A stretch of 64,000 nt of DNA from the IMG/VR virus record IMGVR_UViG_3300046170_000371, positions 23,160 through 87,159 of that record. The stretch is one strand, 5' to 3'. A program made the position numbers and the translations under genes. Shown piece by piece: positions 49,781 to 58,656 of the stretch (positions are counted from its first letter, which is position 1; each line of letters begins with the position of its first letter). Under the pieces are notes generated by a model. That model saw only the letters and a list, made by a program, of their open reading frames with translations. It was not told where the DNA came from and did no database searches. The DNA is from a virus.

Positions 49781-50566
49781 TTAAATCTTGCCAAGCTTTT
49801 TAAAGTTAGGAGATTCAACAGGGTCTTGTGCTTCTGCACCTTTAAAATCATTAGGTGTGAAGTTGTACATATCACCGAAGATATTGGCAGACATCACTTC
49901 ACTGCGTGCACGGCTAGCTTTTGTACGCTCTGCAAGGCGCTGATCAATGTTATCAATGTTGATGGTTTGATTTCTGTCTGCTGCTCGAATAGATTTCTCC
50001 GCATGCCCTCTATTTTCGAACTGCTTTTGAAAGTCCCTGTTTTGGGTCATGTACCGATCTAAGAATGCAGCGCTCTTGGCAGGGCTGTCTTCATCGTGGA
50101 ACATGCCTCCCATGGTTCCGGCAGATACAGGAGTATCCATTCCACCCTTTCCGCCTTGGTAGTTAAATACTTTTGTATTACCACCGTACTGACGGATAGA
50201 ATTATCTTGACTGTTATTAACTAGATTGTTGTCTCCATTAATATTAGTATTAATGTCATTGTCTTGTCTCACATCTTGGCTTTGGCTGGAATCTGTATTT
50301 GACTTCTGATTTTGATTCGGACTCTGATTATTAGTTACTGAAGGACTTGCTTGCTGTGCTTGTGCTTTCTCTTTTGCTTTGCCTCGGTTTGCCATTAACG
50401 TGTCATATCTTGCCCTATCACTATCTCCAAAAACCCTTCCACCTTCAAGAGCCTCGAAAGCTACTTCTTGGTCTAATCCCTTAGTACTTTCTTGATACTT
50501 TTTATATAAGCCTTCAGCTGTATTGCCGTCGTGTTTTACTTTATCAAAATAATCTAGTGAGCCCAT
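49781..50566 (-). CDS. Hypothetical protein with an N/Q-rich segment
   Basis: 261-aa ORF between TerL and portal. Confidence 0.65.
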   Translation of the reverse strand: MGSLDYFDKVKHDGNTAEGLYKKYQESTKGLDQEVAFEALEGGRVFGDSDRARYDTLMANRGKAKEKAQAQQASPSVTNNQSPNQNQKSNTDSSQSQDVRQDNDINTNINGDNNLVNNSQDNSIRQYGGNTKVFNYQGGKGGMDTPVSAGTMGGMFHDEDSPAKSAAFLDRYMTQNRDFQKQFENRGHAEKSIRAADRNQTINIDNIDQRLAERTKASRARSEVMSANIFGDMYNFTPNDFKGAEAQDPVESPNFKKLGKI

Positions 50567-50571
50567 TTCAT

Positions 50572-52110
50572 TTATAAATCAAAGCTGTCCCTATTGTAGT
50601 CTAATTGTAAATTACCTCGTCTCAATAGTCCTCCCATTGTTAATACCATACTGTCTACAGCATCATCATGAGTTGTCTGTCCAAAGTTAAGTAGCTCTTC
50701 TTCTAATACATCCCACTTACGCCATTTGTTCCATACCACTCGTTTGTGTTCATATAGACCAAGTACACCTCGTAGTCTTGCTAGTTTGTCGCCTTTGAAT
50801 CCTTTAACAGGGGACATGGTGAGGTTATATAGAGCACGATTATCAAGCATGATGCGCTTGAAATCACCTTCAAATGAGTTCTGATATGCAACAGCTTCAG
50901 GCCATATCATGCACGGTGACATTGTTGGGAAGTATTGTCCTTCATCGTTCTCTTCAAGGATGTTCCAGTCAGCCAACATCTCGCACATAATGTCTATCTT
51001 TTCTAGGTTGCCGAGCGTACGTGCACGTCTCTGGTCAATCAGATATATCTTCCCGTCTTTAATTCCCCCAAGGGTCATGACGGTCCAGTCATTTTTCTCT
51101 TTAAGACCAGCACTAAGGTCCATTCCAATGCCTAGGCAGTCGTAATCTTCTGGCACTTCTGCTTTAACAATCAGCTCTGGAGAAATACCAACATCAGCAG
51201 ACTTAACTGCGGTGTTGAGGTACTGGTATGCAAATGCAACACGGTCTTCACTCTTACGTTCGTTTAGATATTTCATAGACCAGAATTCTGGCCAGTATGA
51301 ACGTTGTCTACCATCACTGTCAGTAATGACTGCTTTCTGGATTATCTGTTTCCAATTGTTCTTAGGAACGAAAAGCGTGGCGTGGATGTCATCAAAGTGA
51401 AAACGGGTACCCAAGCAAATAGCCCGTGCCCCTTGAAACATCGTCGGTGCAATAACGTTAGACCATGTCTGTTCCATCTCACGGCGAATATCCGGATTGT
51501 TGATGGAAGCTGCGGACTTGATAGGGTCATCGATAAGCACCAGCTGGGATCTCTTTGAAGTAATGGCTCCCTTGAGACCCCCACACGCAATTGTAAAAGC
51601 CTCTTCACCTGCTGTATCAATCCCTGCAAAGTCATAGTCAATACTCCAATATTCATCTGAACGCTTAATCTTTGAGAGCCTCACCATTGGGAATATCTCT
51701 CTGTACTTATTACTTGTAAGAATGCCTTTGATAGTTGCAGACTTAGCTCGACTAATATCAACCATGTAGGCGATATATAGAATACGCAGCATCTGTTTAG
51801 CAGCAGCGTGTCTGCCAATCATCCATGCTGCAAACAATCCGAGGACTGTGGATTTGGCAGAACCACGTGGTGCAAGGATTGCAGTATTAGGTCCACCTAC
51901 TCCTAGTAAGCACTCAGTATCTTCACCTGTGCATAGCTCTGCATGCCACTCCAGCATATGATTAGCAGGAGATTTACCCATATAATCACAAAAATCTTTG
52001 AAGTCGTCTCTCGCTCTAAGTACTTCTGGTGATGGTGGTTTTACGGTTACTTTTGTTGCTGTCATTAAGGCAGCACGTTTAAATGCTAATGCGCTACTTG
52101 CAATTGCCAT
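50572..52110 (-). CDS. terL: Terminase large subunit
   Basis: Walker A APRGSAKST, Walker B LVLIDDPIK, coupling motif GTRFH, RNase H-like GMDLS and HDDAVD. Confidence 0.93.
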   Translation of the reverse strand: MAIASSALAFKRAALMTATKVTVKPPSPEVLRARDDFKDFCDYMGKSPANHMLEWHAELCTGEDTECLLGVGGPNTAILAPRGSAKSTVLGLFAAWMIGRHAAAKQMLRILYIAYMVDISRAKSATIKGILTSNKYREIFPMVRLSKIKRSDEYWSIDYDFAGIDTAGEEAFTIACGGLKGAITSKRSQLVLIDDPIKSAASINNPDIRREMEQTWSNVIAPTMFQGARAICLGTRFHFDDIHATLFVPKNNWKQIIQKAVITDSDGRQRSYWPEFWSMKYLNERKSEDRVAFAYQYLNTAVKSADVGISPELIVKAEVPEDYDCLGIGMDLSAGLKEKNDWTVMTLGGIKDGKIYLIDQRRARTLGNLEKIDIMCEMLADWNILEENDEGQYFPTMSPCMIWPEAVAYQNSFEGDFKRIMLDNRALYNLTMSPVKGFKGDKLARLRGVLGLYEHKRVVWNKWRKWDVLEEELLNFGQTTHDDAVDSMVLTMGGLLRRGNLQLDYNRDSFDL

Positions 52111-52140
52111 ACTGTTAAACTTTTGTCTTTAGTCTAACGG

Positions 52141-52422
52141 CTAGTATCTTCCCTCGGCATATCTTTGAGCAATCCTATCTTCTGCTCTTGATTTAGCACG
52201 CATAACAATTGCACGCTGTCTATCTTCTTCATAAGCAATACCAATTGCTGCTGCCATAGCTGCTGCTTCTTCTGCACGGTCACCCATAAAGAATGATTCA
52301 ACTCCTGCACCTGGAATAGATGGTAGTCGTTGCTGCAGTGTGCCTTGCAGCCGAATACGGTTAACACTTAAGTCAGGAGTGTTAGTCAGTAACTCAGGTA
52401 GTAGCAGGTCTAGATCATCCAT
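52141..52422 (-). CDS. Hypothetical protein
   Basis: 93-aa ORF with coupled start. Confidence 0.55.
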   Translation of the reverse strand: MDDLDLLLPELLTNTPDLSVNRIRLQGTLQQRLPSIPGAGVESFFMGDRAEEAAAMAAAIGIAYEEDRQRAIVMRAKSRAEDRIAQRYAEGRY

Positions 52423-52957
52423 TCGTTACCTCTGCATAGACCTTTGCCCACACTGCGTTGATTGCATTCTCCATAGGTTCTGCAAACTGTGGGTCATCTT
52501 TAAAGATGGAAGTAATCTCACGCATTACACGGTCAGCACCTGCAAGGATAAGACCACGCTTATCAGTTGTCTTATTCATTCGGTCTGACGTTTCAATATG
52601 AGACCGTAGCTCTTTCTCTAATGCTGCTAATCTTGCACAACCATTATCACCTTTGATTTCTCCTGCTGTAATTGCCATTCGAAGCTCTTGAATATCAGAG
52701 TGAAGAGCAGCAATCTCACTATTGAGAATTTCACGACGGTTAAGTTTTTTATATTTCATCTTTACCCAACGAGCTAAATCGTTGAATGTACCTGGATACT
52801 TGAGAATACCTGCATATACCCAAATCTCAATAATGCTTGGAGTGACATCAGCAAATTCTTTGAAGTCTTCTGATTCAGCAGCAGGGAGAGTGTCTAGCCA
52901 TTGGTCTACATAAGTAATGTAAACCTTGCCTCCAGCTTGTTTGGTTGATGCAGTCAT
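52415..52957 (-). CDS. Helical hypothetical protein, candidate terminase small subunit
   Basis: 180 aa, alpha-helical/coiled, upstream of TerL (positional inference only). Confidence 0.45.
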   Translation of the reverse strand: MTASTKQAGGKVYITYVDQWLDTLPAAESEDFKEFADVTPSIIEIWVYAGILKYPGTFNDLARWVKMKYKKLNRREILNSEIAALHSDIQELRMAITAGEIKGDNGCARLAALEKELRSHIETSDRMNKTTDKRGLILAGADRVMREITSIFKDDPQFAEPMENAINAVWAKVYAEVTNG

Positions 52958-53721
52958 CAGAATGCCCTCGCCATAGTACGTGACCTAGCACTTTGACGAT
53001 TAGATTTCTGTGCTTCAATCTTGTCACCTTCTTGCATCGTCTTACGGTCCTCACTTCCTTGAGAACCAATCTTACGGACATCTTGGTCACCTTGAGCACC
53101 AATCTTGCGAACATCTTGGTCGCCTTGTGCTCCAATTGTCTGTCGGTCTTGGTCTCCTTGAGCTCCAATAGTCAGACGATCTTGGTCTCCAGTAGCACCA
53201 ATCTTATCAATATCAATCTTTCCTTGAGTCTGAAGGTTCATTCGGTCTTGTTCACCTTGAACTCCAACCGTTACTCGGTCTTGCTCCCCTTGAGTAATCT
53301 TACTAAGCCTATCCTGTTGCCCTTCAGCACTAATGTTTGAACGTTGCTGTTCTCCTGTAGCACTAAGCATTCCTAAGTCACGACCATGTTGTGCTATTAG
53401 CAAAATCGTTTTCAAAGTTAAACTGAGCTTCCATGGATTGCATTCCATAGTTAAACTCGTTTCTTCATATTAGCCGCTTGGTTTTCGGTTGCTCCAAGTC
53501 AGCCTGATGCGTCATATTCTCTTGTGGCTAAAGCAGAGTTATGCGTTGACATCTGCTGTGCAAGCATGGAATCAAATCCAGACTGCACCATATTCCTTGA
53601 TATGCCTGTTTCTGTGCAGTCAGTCCAGCATCTCCACTGTCTCCATTCCATAGAAATCATCCATGATGTTCTGGAAAATTGAACATCCCACCTTGAGAGC
53701 CCTTACTTTACTCTTTGCCAT
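52957..53721 (-). CDS. Protein with about 10 tandem 11-aa repeats (IGAQGDQDRxx); 5' part heavily frameshifted
   Basis: 33-nt repeats at about 53030-53370; ATG 53721 with TAGAATAG upstream. Confidence 0.6.
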
Positions 53722-53796
53722 AGTATCTACGTTGAGTCATACCTTATTGTATCTATTCTAATTCCTTACAATAGTGAAAGGTAATGCACATTAGAT

Positions 53797-54780
53797 ATGC
53801 GGTTTGCTTCTATCGGTGGTCAAAGTAATTACGCTCAAGCAGGTAAGGCTGTAGCTAATGAAGGAGAAAAAGCTCTAAACGTTACCCGTCAGAATTCTGT
53901 TGACTTTGGTGGATTGGCACGGGCTGGAATGCAAGTCAGGTCTGATGAAAAAGTTGCTGCTACTAAAGCAGGTGCTTATGTTGAAGAAGCGAAGATTGCT
54001 GCTAATAAGACGACTAAACTACATGCTGCAAAGATGTCACAGGCCAAGAGTGGTGTCATGCGTAAAGCTGGTGGTCTTATTGCACTAGGTGTTGGTGGAC
54101 TTGCAGAGAAATCAGAGAAGCGTGACTACTCTCTCTATGACAAGAAGATTGCAGGAATGAAAGAGAAAAATGCTGCAGATAGAGTGACCATGGCTGGCAT
54201 AGATACCAGTGGTAAAAAGACTGAAGCACCTACAACTCCTGCTTCTAATACTGGTGGTACCGCTGTTTCGGGTGCAAGCACTACATCCTCTTCTGCTAAA
54301 CCAATGAAGAGTGGAGATACAGCTATGAATATGATGCGTGATTTAACTGGTGATGGCTATAGTCCAACTCAAGCTGCTGCTATTACTGGCAACGCTCAAT
54401 ATGAAAGTGCTAACTTCACTGCTCATGAAGAGTATGCACCAAATGCATATGGAACGAAAGGTGCTGGCTACTTTCAATGGACAAATGCTGGTGGCTCTAA
54501 TAGGAGAGATAACTTTGAAAACTATGCAAAGAATAATAAACTAGACCCACGTTCATATCAAGCTAATACCGGATTCATGATGCACGAACTTAAGGGCGGC
54601 GCTGGTAACCACTGGACTGGGGGCATGAATGACCAAGGGCTTCCGTCAAATTGGTGACTTGTCTACTGCTGTTAATGCTTTCCAAAATAATTACTTACGT
54701 CCTGCTAAAGACACTGCTAATACTAGTCAGCGTCTAAGCAATGCTCAGAATATTCTTCAACAATTCCAGTCTCAGAATAG
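53797..54780 (+). CDS. Virion-associated peptidoglycan hydrolase (phage tail lysozyme family). Frameshift near 54640.
   Basis: GYSPTQAAAITGNAQYES...GAGYFQWT..R...FMMHEL...YLRP. Confidence 0.8.
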
Positions 54781-55497
54781 TTAAACAGCAAACGCAGCAC
54801 CAAGTGAAGACAGTCCAGCTACTAATGCTTGGATTGATTCACGACGACGATTCTTTTCATCCTTACGGTCTGCACGTTCCATAGACTCACGACGGAACAT
54901 CAGTTCATCAGCACGAGATTCACGTGCATCAATACGGTCTGCTAGACGATTCTTATCTGACTGTGCCATTTGAGCACGTGTCAGTTCCATTTGGTTAGCA
55001 ACATCAGTACGTCCAGCATTGAACTGCTCTGCTTGGACTCTACGTGCTTCTCTCTGTTGAGGAGAATTAAAAGCATCTGATTGAATTTGTGCTGTATCTT
55101 TTCTTTGATTACTTCGTCGTTGGTCAGCAACCATTCCTGTTAAAGTTGCTACGTCCTTAACTTCTCCAGCATTTCCACCTAACGCAGTCAATTGACGACT
55201 AAGTGTTCTTGATTGACCTGCGTCTTCTACACGTAGCCCAAGGGCACCTTTATTGCCCATGTCAGCTGCAGTTACATCTACACCTAACGCTGCTGCTTTC
55301 TGCCCTGCTGCACTACGGTTGTATCTATTAAGTTCTCCAATATTAGAACGGCTATCTAAATACTCAGAATCTCCACCAAATGCACGTTGAATTAAATTAG
55401 GTTCATATTTACCTGTACCTTCATCTTTCTGCAAGCGTCCTTCAGCAGCATCTCGTCCACCACCAAATTCGTACTTAAGCCAATTTAAAGGGTCCAT
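54781..55497 (-). CDS. Putative internal virion/ejection protein
   Basis: Charged helical protein ending in hydrophobic LVAGLSSLGAAFAV. Confidence 0.55.
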   Translation of the reverse strand: MDPLNWLKYEFGGGRDAAEGRLQKDEGTGKYEPNLIQRAFGGDSEYLDSRSNIGELNRYNRSAAGQKAAALGVDVTAADMGNKGALGLRVEDAGQSRTLSRQLTALGGNAGEVKDVATLTGMVADQRRSNQRKDTAQIQSDAFNSPQQREARRVQAEQFNAGRTDVANQMELTRAQMAQSDKNRLADRIDARESRADELMFRRESMERADRKDEKNRRRESIQALVAGLSSLGAAFAV

Positions 55498-55525
55498 CTT
55501 CTGAAAGCTCTATCCTTCTACTATT

Positions 55526-56156
55526 TTACACAGCTGCGAGAGCTTGTTTTGCTTCAAGCCTCATCAGTCGTGTTTCAAGTTGTTGATTAGCACGCACCAA
55601 CAGTCCAATCAGGTCTGTGGTATCAATGCAGAGCTTACCAATACTCTCGTCATAGTAGGTAGCGTCAGGTACAACTTTTGGAACTCCTGTGCAATAAACC
55701 CATGATGCATACGCTCTGGGCTTGCACTGTACTCTTCCTTATAGAAGAAGGTGACAGGACGCAAGCTACGTAGGGTAGTTAATGCATCATCAATCGTATC
55801 TACTGTATGCTTCGTGCTCTCGTCACTCAAGCCAATAGCAGCACCAGCAATACTACCGATGGCACCCATCATTCCAGTTGATTCCTGTGCACTAGCACTT
55901 TCTCTGCAGCTTTGACTTGTGCTTTAGCTTGTACACTTGCTGCAGTTACTTGTGCTTCTGCTGCCATTGCAGCTTGCTTCTCTTTAGACCTTGCATCCAT
56001 TGCTGTTGCAGCAATCTGGTCATACTTAGGTGAGCTCTCTCTAACGCTGCCAAAGGCATCGGCAACACTCACTGCATCTGCTGCAGCTCCAGCATTACTT
56101 CCTACTGCTCCAGAACGTAGTTGAATAGGATCAAACTTACCTGCAAATCTAGTCAT
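55526..56156 (-). CDS. Ala-rich protein with C-terminal Peptidase S74-type intramolecular chaperone domain (indels near 55890 and 55680)
   Basis: GLSDESTK...AL..L..LRPV.F.Y...HGFIAQE...L.G.LV.A.Q.L. Confidence 0.75.
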
Positions 56157-56193
56157 CTAACTATTGTTCTAGTATCTTTTTATTTTAACCGGT

Positions 56194-56511
56194 TCACATA
56201 TTTGCTTTAAACCAACTGTCGGCTTCACTTTTAGCAGTGTCCCAAGTATTCTTTTTACCAAGTGCTCCTAGCCCTCCAGAGATACCACTACTTAGTCCAC
56301 CTACAATTCCACCAAAATGAGCAGCATCAGCTTGTGCAGCACCTGCTTTCTCTGTTGCTTTGGCTTGAACTCCAGCTGCAGCTACTGCTCCTTGTGCTTG
56401 CATACTCATAGCTCTTTCTTCAGATTGGTTCTGAAGAGATTGATTAGCAACCATCCCTAAATTAGGACTATTGCCCATGAACTGTTCAGCCCTATCTCCT
56501 GCAAATCTCAT
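56194..56511 (-). CDS. Small Ala/Gly-rich protein, paralog of the 55526-56156 N-terminus
   Basis: MRFAG start; M.A...V.AA.VQAKA..KA shared with the neighbour. Confidence 0.6.
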   Translation of the reverse strand: MRFAGDRAEQFMGNSPNLGMVANQSLQNQSEERAMSMQAQGAVAAAGVQAKATEKAGAAQADAAHFGGIVGGLSSGISGGLGALGKKNTWDTAKSEADSWFKANM

Positions 56512-57728
56512 TATTCAAGGCTCATATCAGTTCTTTTATTGTACTGTCTTTCGTTTTCTTCTTTATTACGACGACGGCGTTCACCTTCAATAAGGTTTCC
56601 TCCGATTTGACCAGCAGCTAGTCCTGCAAGTCCTCCAATCAGTCCACCTCTAATTGGTTTCTGCATACGTACACCAGCTGCTCCACCTGCTACTGAACTG
56701 ACAAAAGGAATAACACCTGTTGTTAGTGGAAGGCTTCTACCCAAGAACTGTAGTTCTGGACCATGGATTCCTTCGTCTGTTGTTTTCAGTACACCACCAG
56801 GTAGTGTTAGATCACCATCCATAGGATTCAAGTCAGTATTCTTGTCATACTTAAATGCTTGATACCTGTTGTATTCGTCCTTGCTTACGTCTGGTCTTAC
56901 TTTTGAAAACTCATCATAAGGCAGTAAGTTTCCTGTACGTCCCATGAAATATTTTAGTGCTACTTCTTCTAAAACGTTAGCTGTCTTCGTTGGGTCTTCT
57001 TCACTAGGCACCGCAGCTTTATAGCCTTCAGCTCCACCAAAGGGTGTTAATAGTCCTAATCCTGTGTTGATTGCAATTCCACTTGGGATAGCCAATGACT
57101 GCAATACTCCTGGCTCAAAATTACGTTTTACATATTTAGCATCATTACCCTTACCGCTAACACTATATCCACGTCTTGGTTGTAACTGTCCGTCAATCAT
57201 CTTGGCTGCACCCTGCTCCATAGCCTGAGCCTTGGCAGAGGGTCTCAGTACATCCCCTGTTAACTCATTAATGACATCAGTCTTACCGTAAAGATTTGGG
57301 GCATTCTTTGCTGTTGCATTTGCTGCTTTGAGTACTCCTTCATTAATCACTTCACCAGATGCTTGTAATGCATTAAGCAACCAGTAAAACCTACGTGTAG
57401 AATCTTGTGTCAAGTCAGCACCTACTGAGCCAAGCACCTGACCTGTTTGATATGCCTTACTTCTATCTGTTGCTAAACCTAAGTCCATCTCCTGTCTAGC
57501 TTGTACACCTTCAGGAGTAGCTGTCTTTGTTAGTTCTCTAATGCGTTGTCCTAATGGATAAGCAGCAGTCATTTGGTCCCACTTTGGACCCTCTGACTGT
57601 TTACCTTGTAGTTCACGCTCTCGGTACATTCCTTTGCGAGCGTCTTCTCCACCAATCGCATAGTCGTGCTTGAAGCCCTCCTTTACTTCACCTAGTTGTT
57701 TCAGTAGTCCAGCGAATCTTCCAGCCAT
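56511..57728 (-). CDS. Putative internal virion protein with C-terminal glycine-zipper helices
   Basis: 405-aa ORF, MAGRFAG start. Confidence 0.65.
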   Translation of the reverse strand: MAGRFAGLLKQLGEVKEGFKHDYAIGGEDARKGMYRERELQGKQSEGPKWDQMTAAYPLGQRIRELTKTATPEGVQARQEMDLGLATDRSKAYQTGQVLGSVGADLTQDSTRRFYWLLNALQASGEVINEGVLKAANATAKNAPNLYGKTDVINELTGDVLRPSAKAQAMEQGAAKMIDGQLQPRRGYSVSGKGNDAKYVKRNFEPGVLQSLAIPSGIAINTGLGLLTPFGGAEGYKAAVPSEEDPTKTANVLEEVALKYFMGRTGNLLPYDEFSKVRPDVSKDEYNRYQAFKYDKNTDLNPMDGDLTLPGGVLKTTDEGIHGPELQFLGRSLPLTTGVIPFVSSVAGGAAGVRMQKPIRGGLIGGLAGLAAGQIGGNLIEGERRRRNKEENERQYNKRTDMSLE

Positions 57729-57733
57729 TGTCT

Positions 57734-58364
57734 TTAACGCAACAAGTCAGTTTGGTTGTATCCACCGATGCCTAGCTGTGCGAGCATCTGTCGTTCAATC
57801 TCTGAGCGATACTGCTGATCACCTTCTTGTTGCAGTTTTTCCCAAGGTGTAGTGCCTCCACCCTTGGCTCGTAGTACTGCATCTGATACAACTTGACCTC
57901 CCATATCTCCAACTAAGTTTCCTGCCAGCTCAGCTCCCATTCGTGGTAGCGCCCTGTTGGCCAAACTTACCTAATGCACTAACTGCACCTACACCACCAA
58001 GTGCGCCGCCAATGGCGGTGCTTCCTCCAGCAATTAATTTATCTCCTAAGTCACCAGGTGTCATAGCACCTTGCATTACACCGAAGACTGCATCAGGTGC
58101 AAAGTTAGCTGCAACGTTTCCTGCAGTTACTCCGCCTGGTCCCATGTAATTAGCAAGAGCATTTCCTGCAAATTTTTTGACTGCTCCCATGCCACCTTTC
58201 GTTGCAGCTCCTTTAGCTGCTCCCATTAAGCCTGGGATTGCAAGCTGTGCAGCTTTTGCTCCACCTGTTAATCCTTTTGCCATTCCAATTGCTGATGCAA
58301 GCTTTGCACCAATTCCAAGTTTTGCTAATCCAGCTCCGGCAGCTGCTACTAAAGGTACAGGCAT
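57734..58364 (-). CDS. Gly/Ala-rich putative ejection/pilot protein. Frameshift near 57950.
   Basis: MPVPLVAAAGAG..., glycine-zipper helices. Confidence 0.6.
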
Positions 58365-58368
58365 TTAA

Positions 58369-58656
58369 TTATTCTTGAGGCGGTACTCCCATTTTAGCGG
58401 CATTCCATTGTGCACCTTGATTAGAAGTTCCAAACATCTTCATCCAGTTAGCAGTTCGTTTTGTTTCTTCTGGATTGTTCATTAGCTCCATAGCACGAGA
58501 ACCTACTTCCCCAGCCATACGTCGGTTTGACTTTGACAAGTCTCCAGTGGGATTTACTTCTGTTGTACCGTTCGTCGATGCAAATGAGTTAGGTGTTTCA
58601 CGAGACTTCTGTTGGTTCAGTCGTCCGTTTTGGATATCCTTTTGATTGAAGTTCAT
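58369..58656 (-). CDS. Hypothetical protein
   Basis: 95-aa ORF with coupled start. Confidence 0.55.
   Translation of the reverse strand: MNFNQKDIQNGRLNQQKSRETPNSFASTNGTTEVNPTGDLSKSNRRMAGEVGSRAMELMNNPEETKRTANWMKMFGTSNQGAQWNAAKMGVPPQE

Noticed and set aside
25934-56156. Widespread pseudogenisation (decayed prophage) or many programmed frameshifts
   Set aside because: Breaks hit essential genes such as the MCP, mostly as single duplicated bases without slippery heptamers, which fits long-read error. Only the 11090-11096 site has a canonical in-phase slippery sequence.
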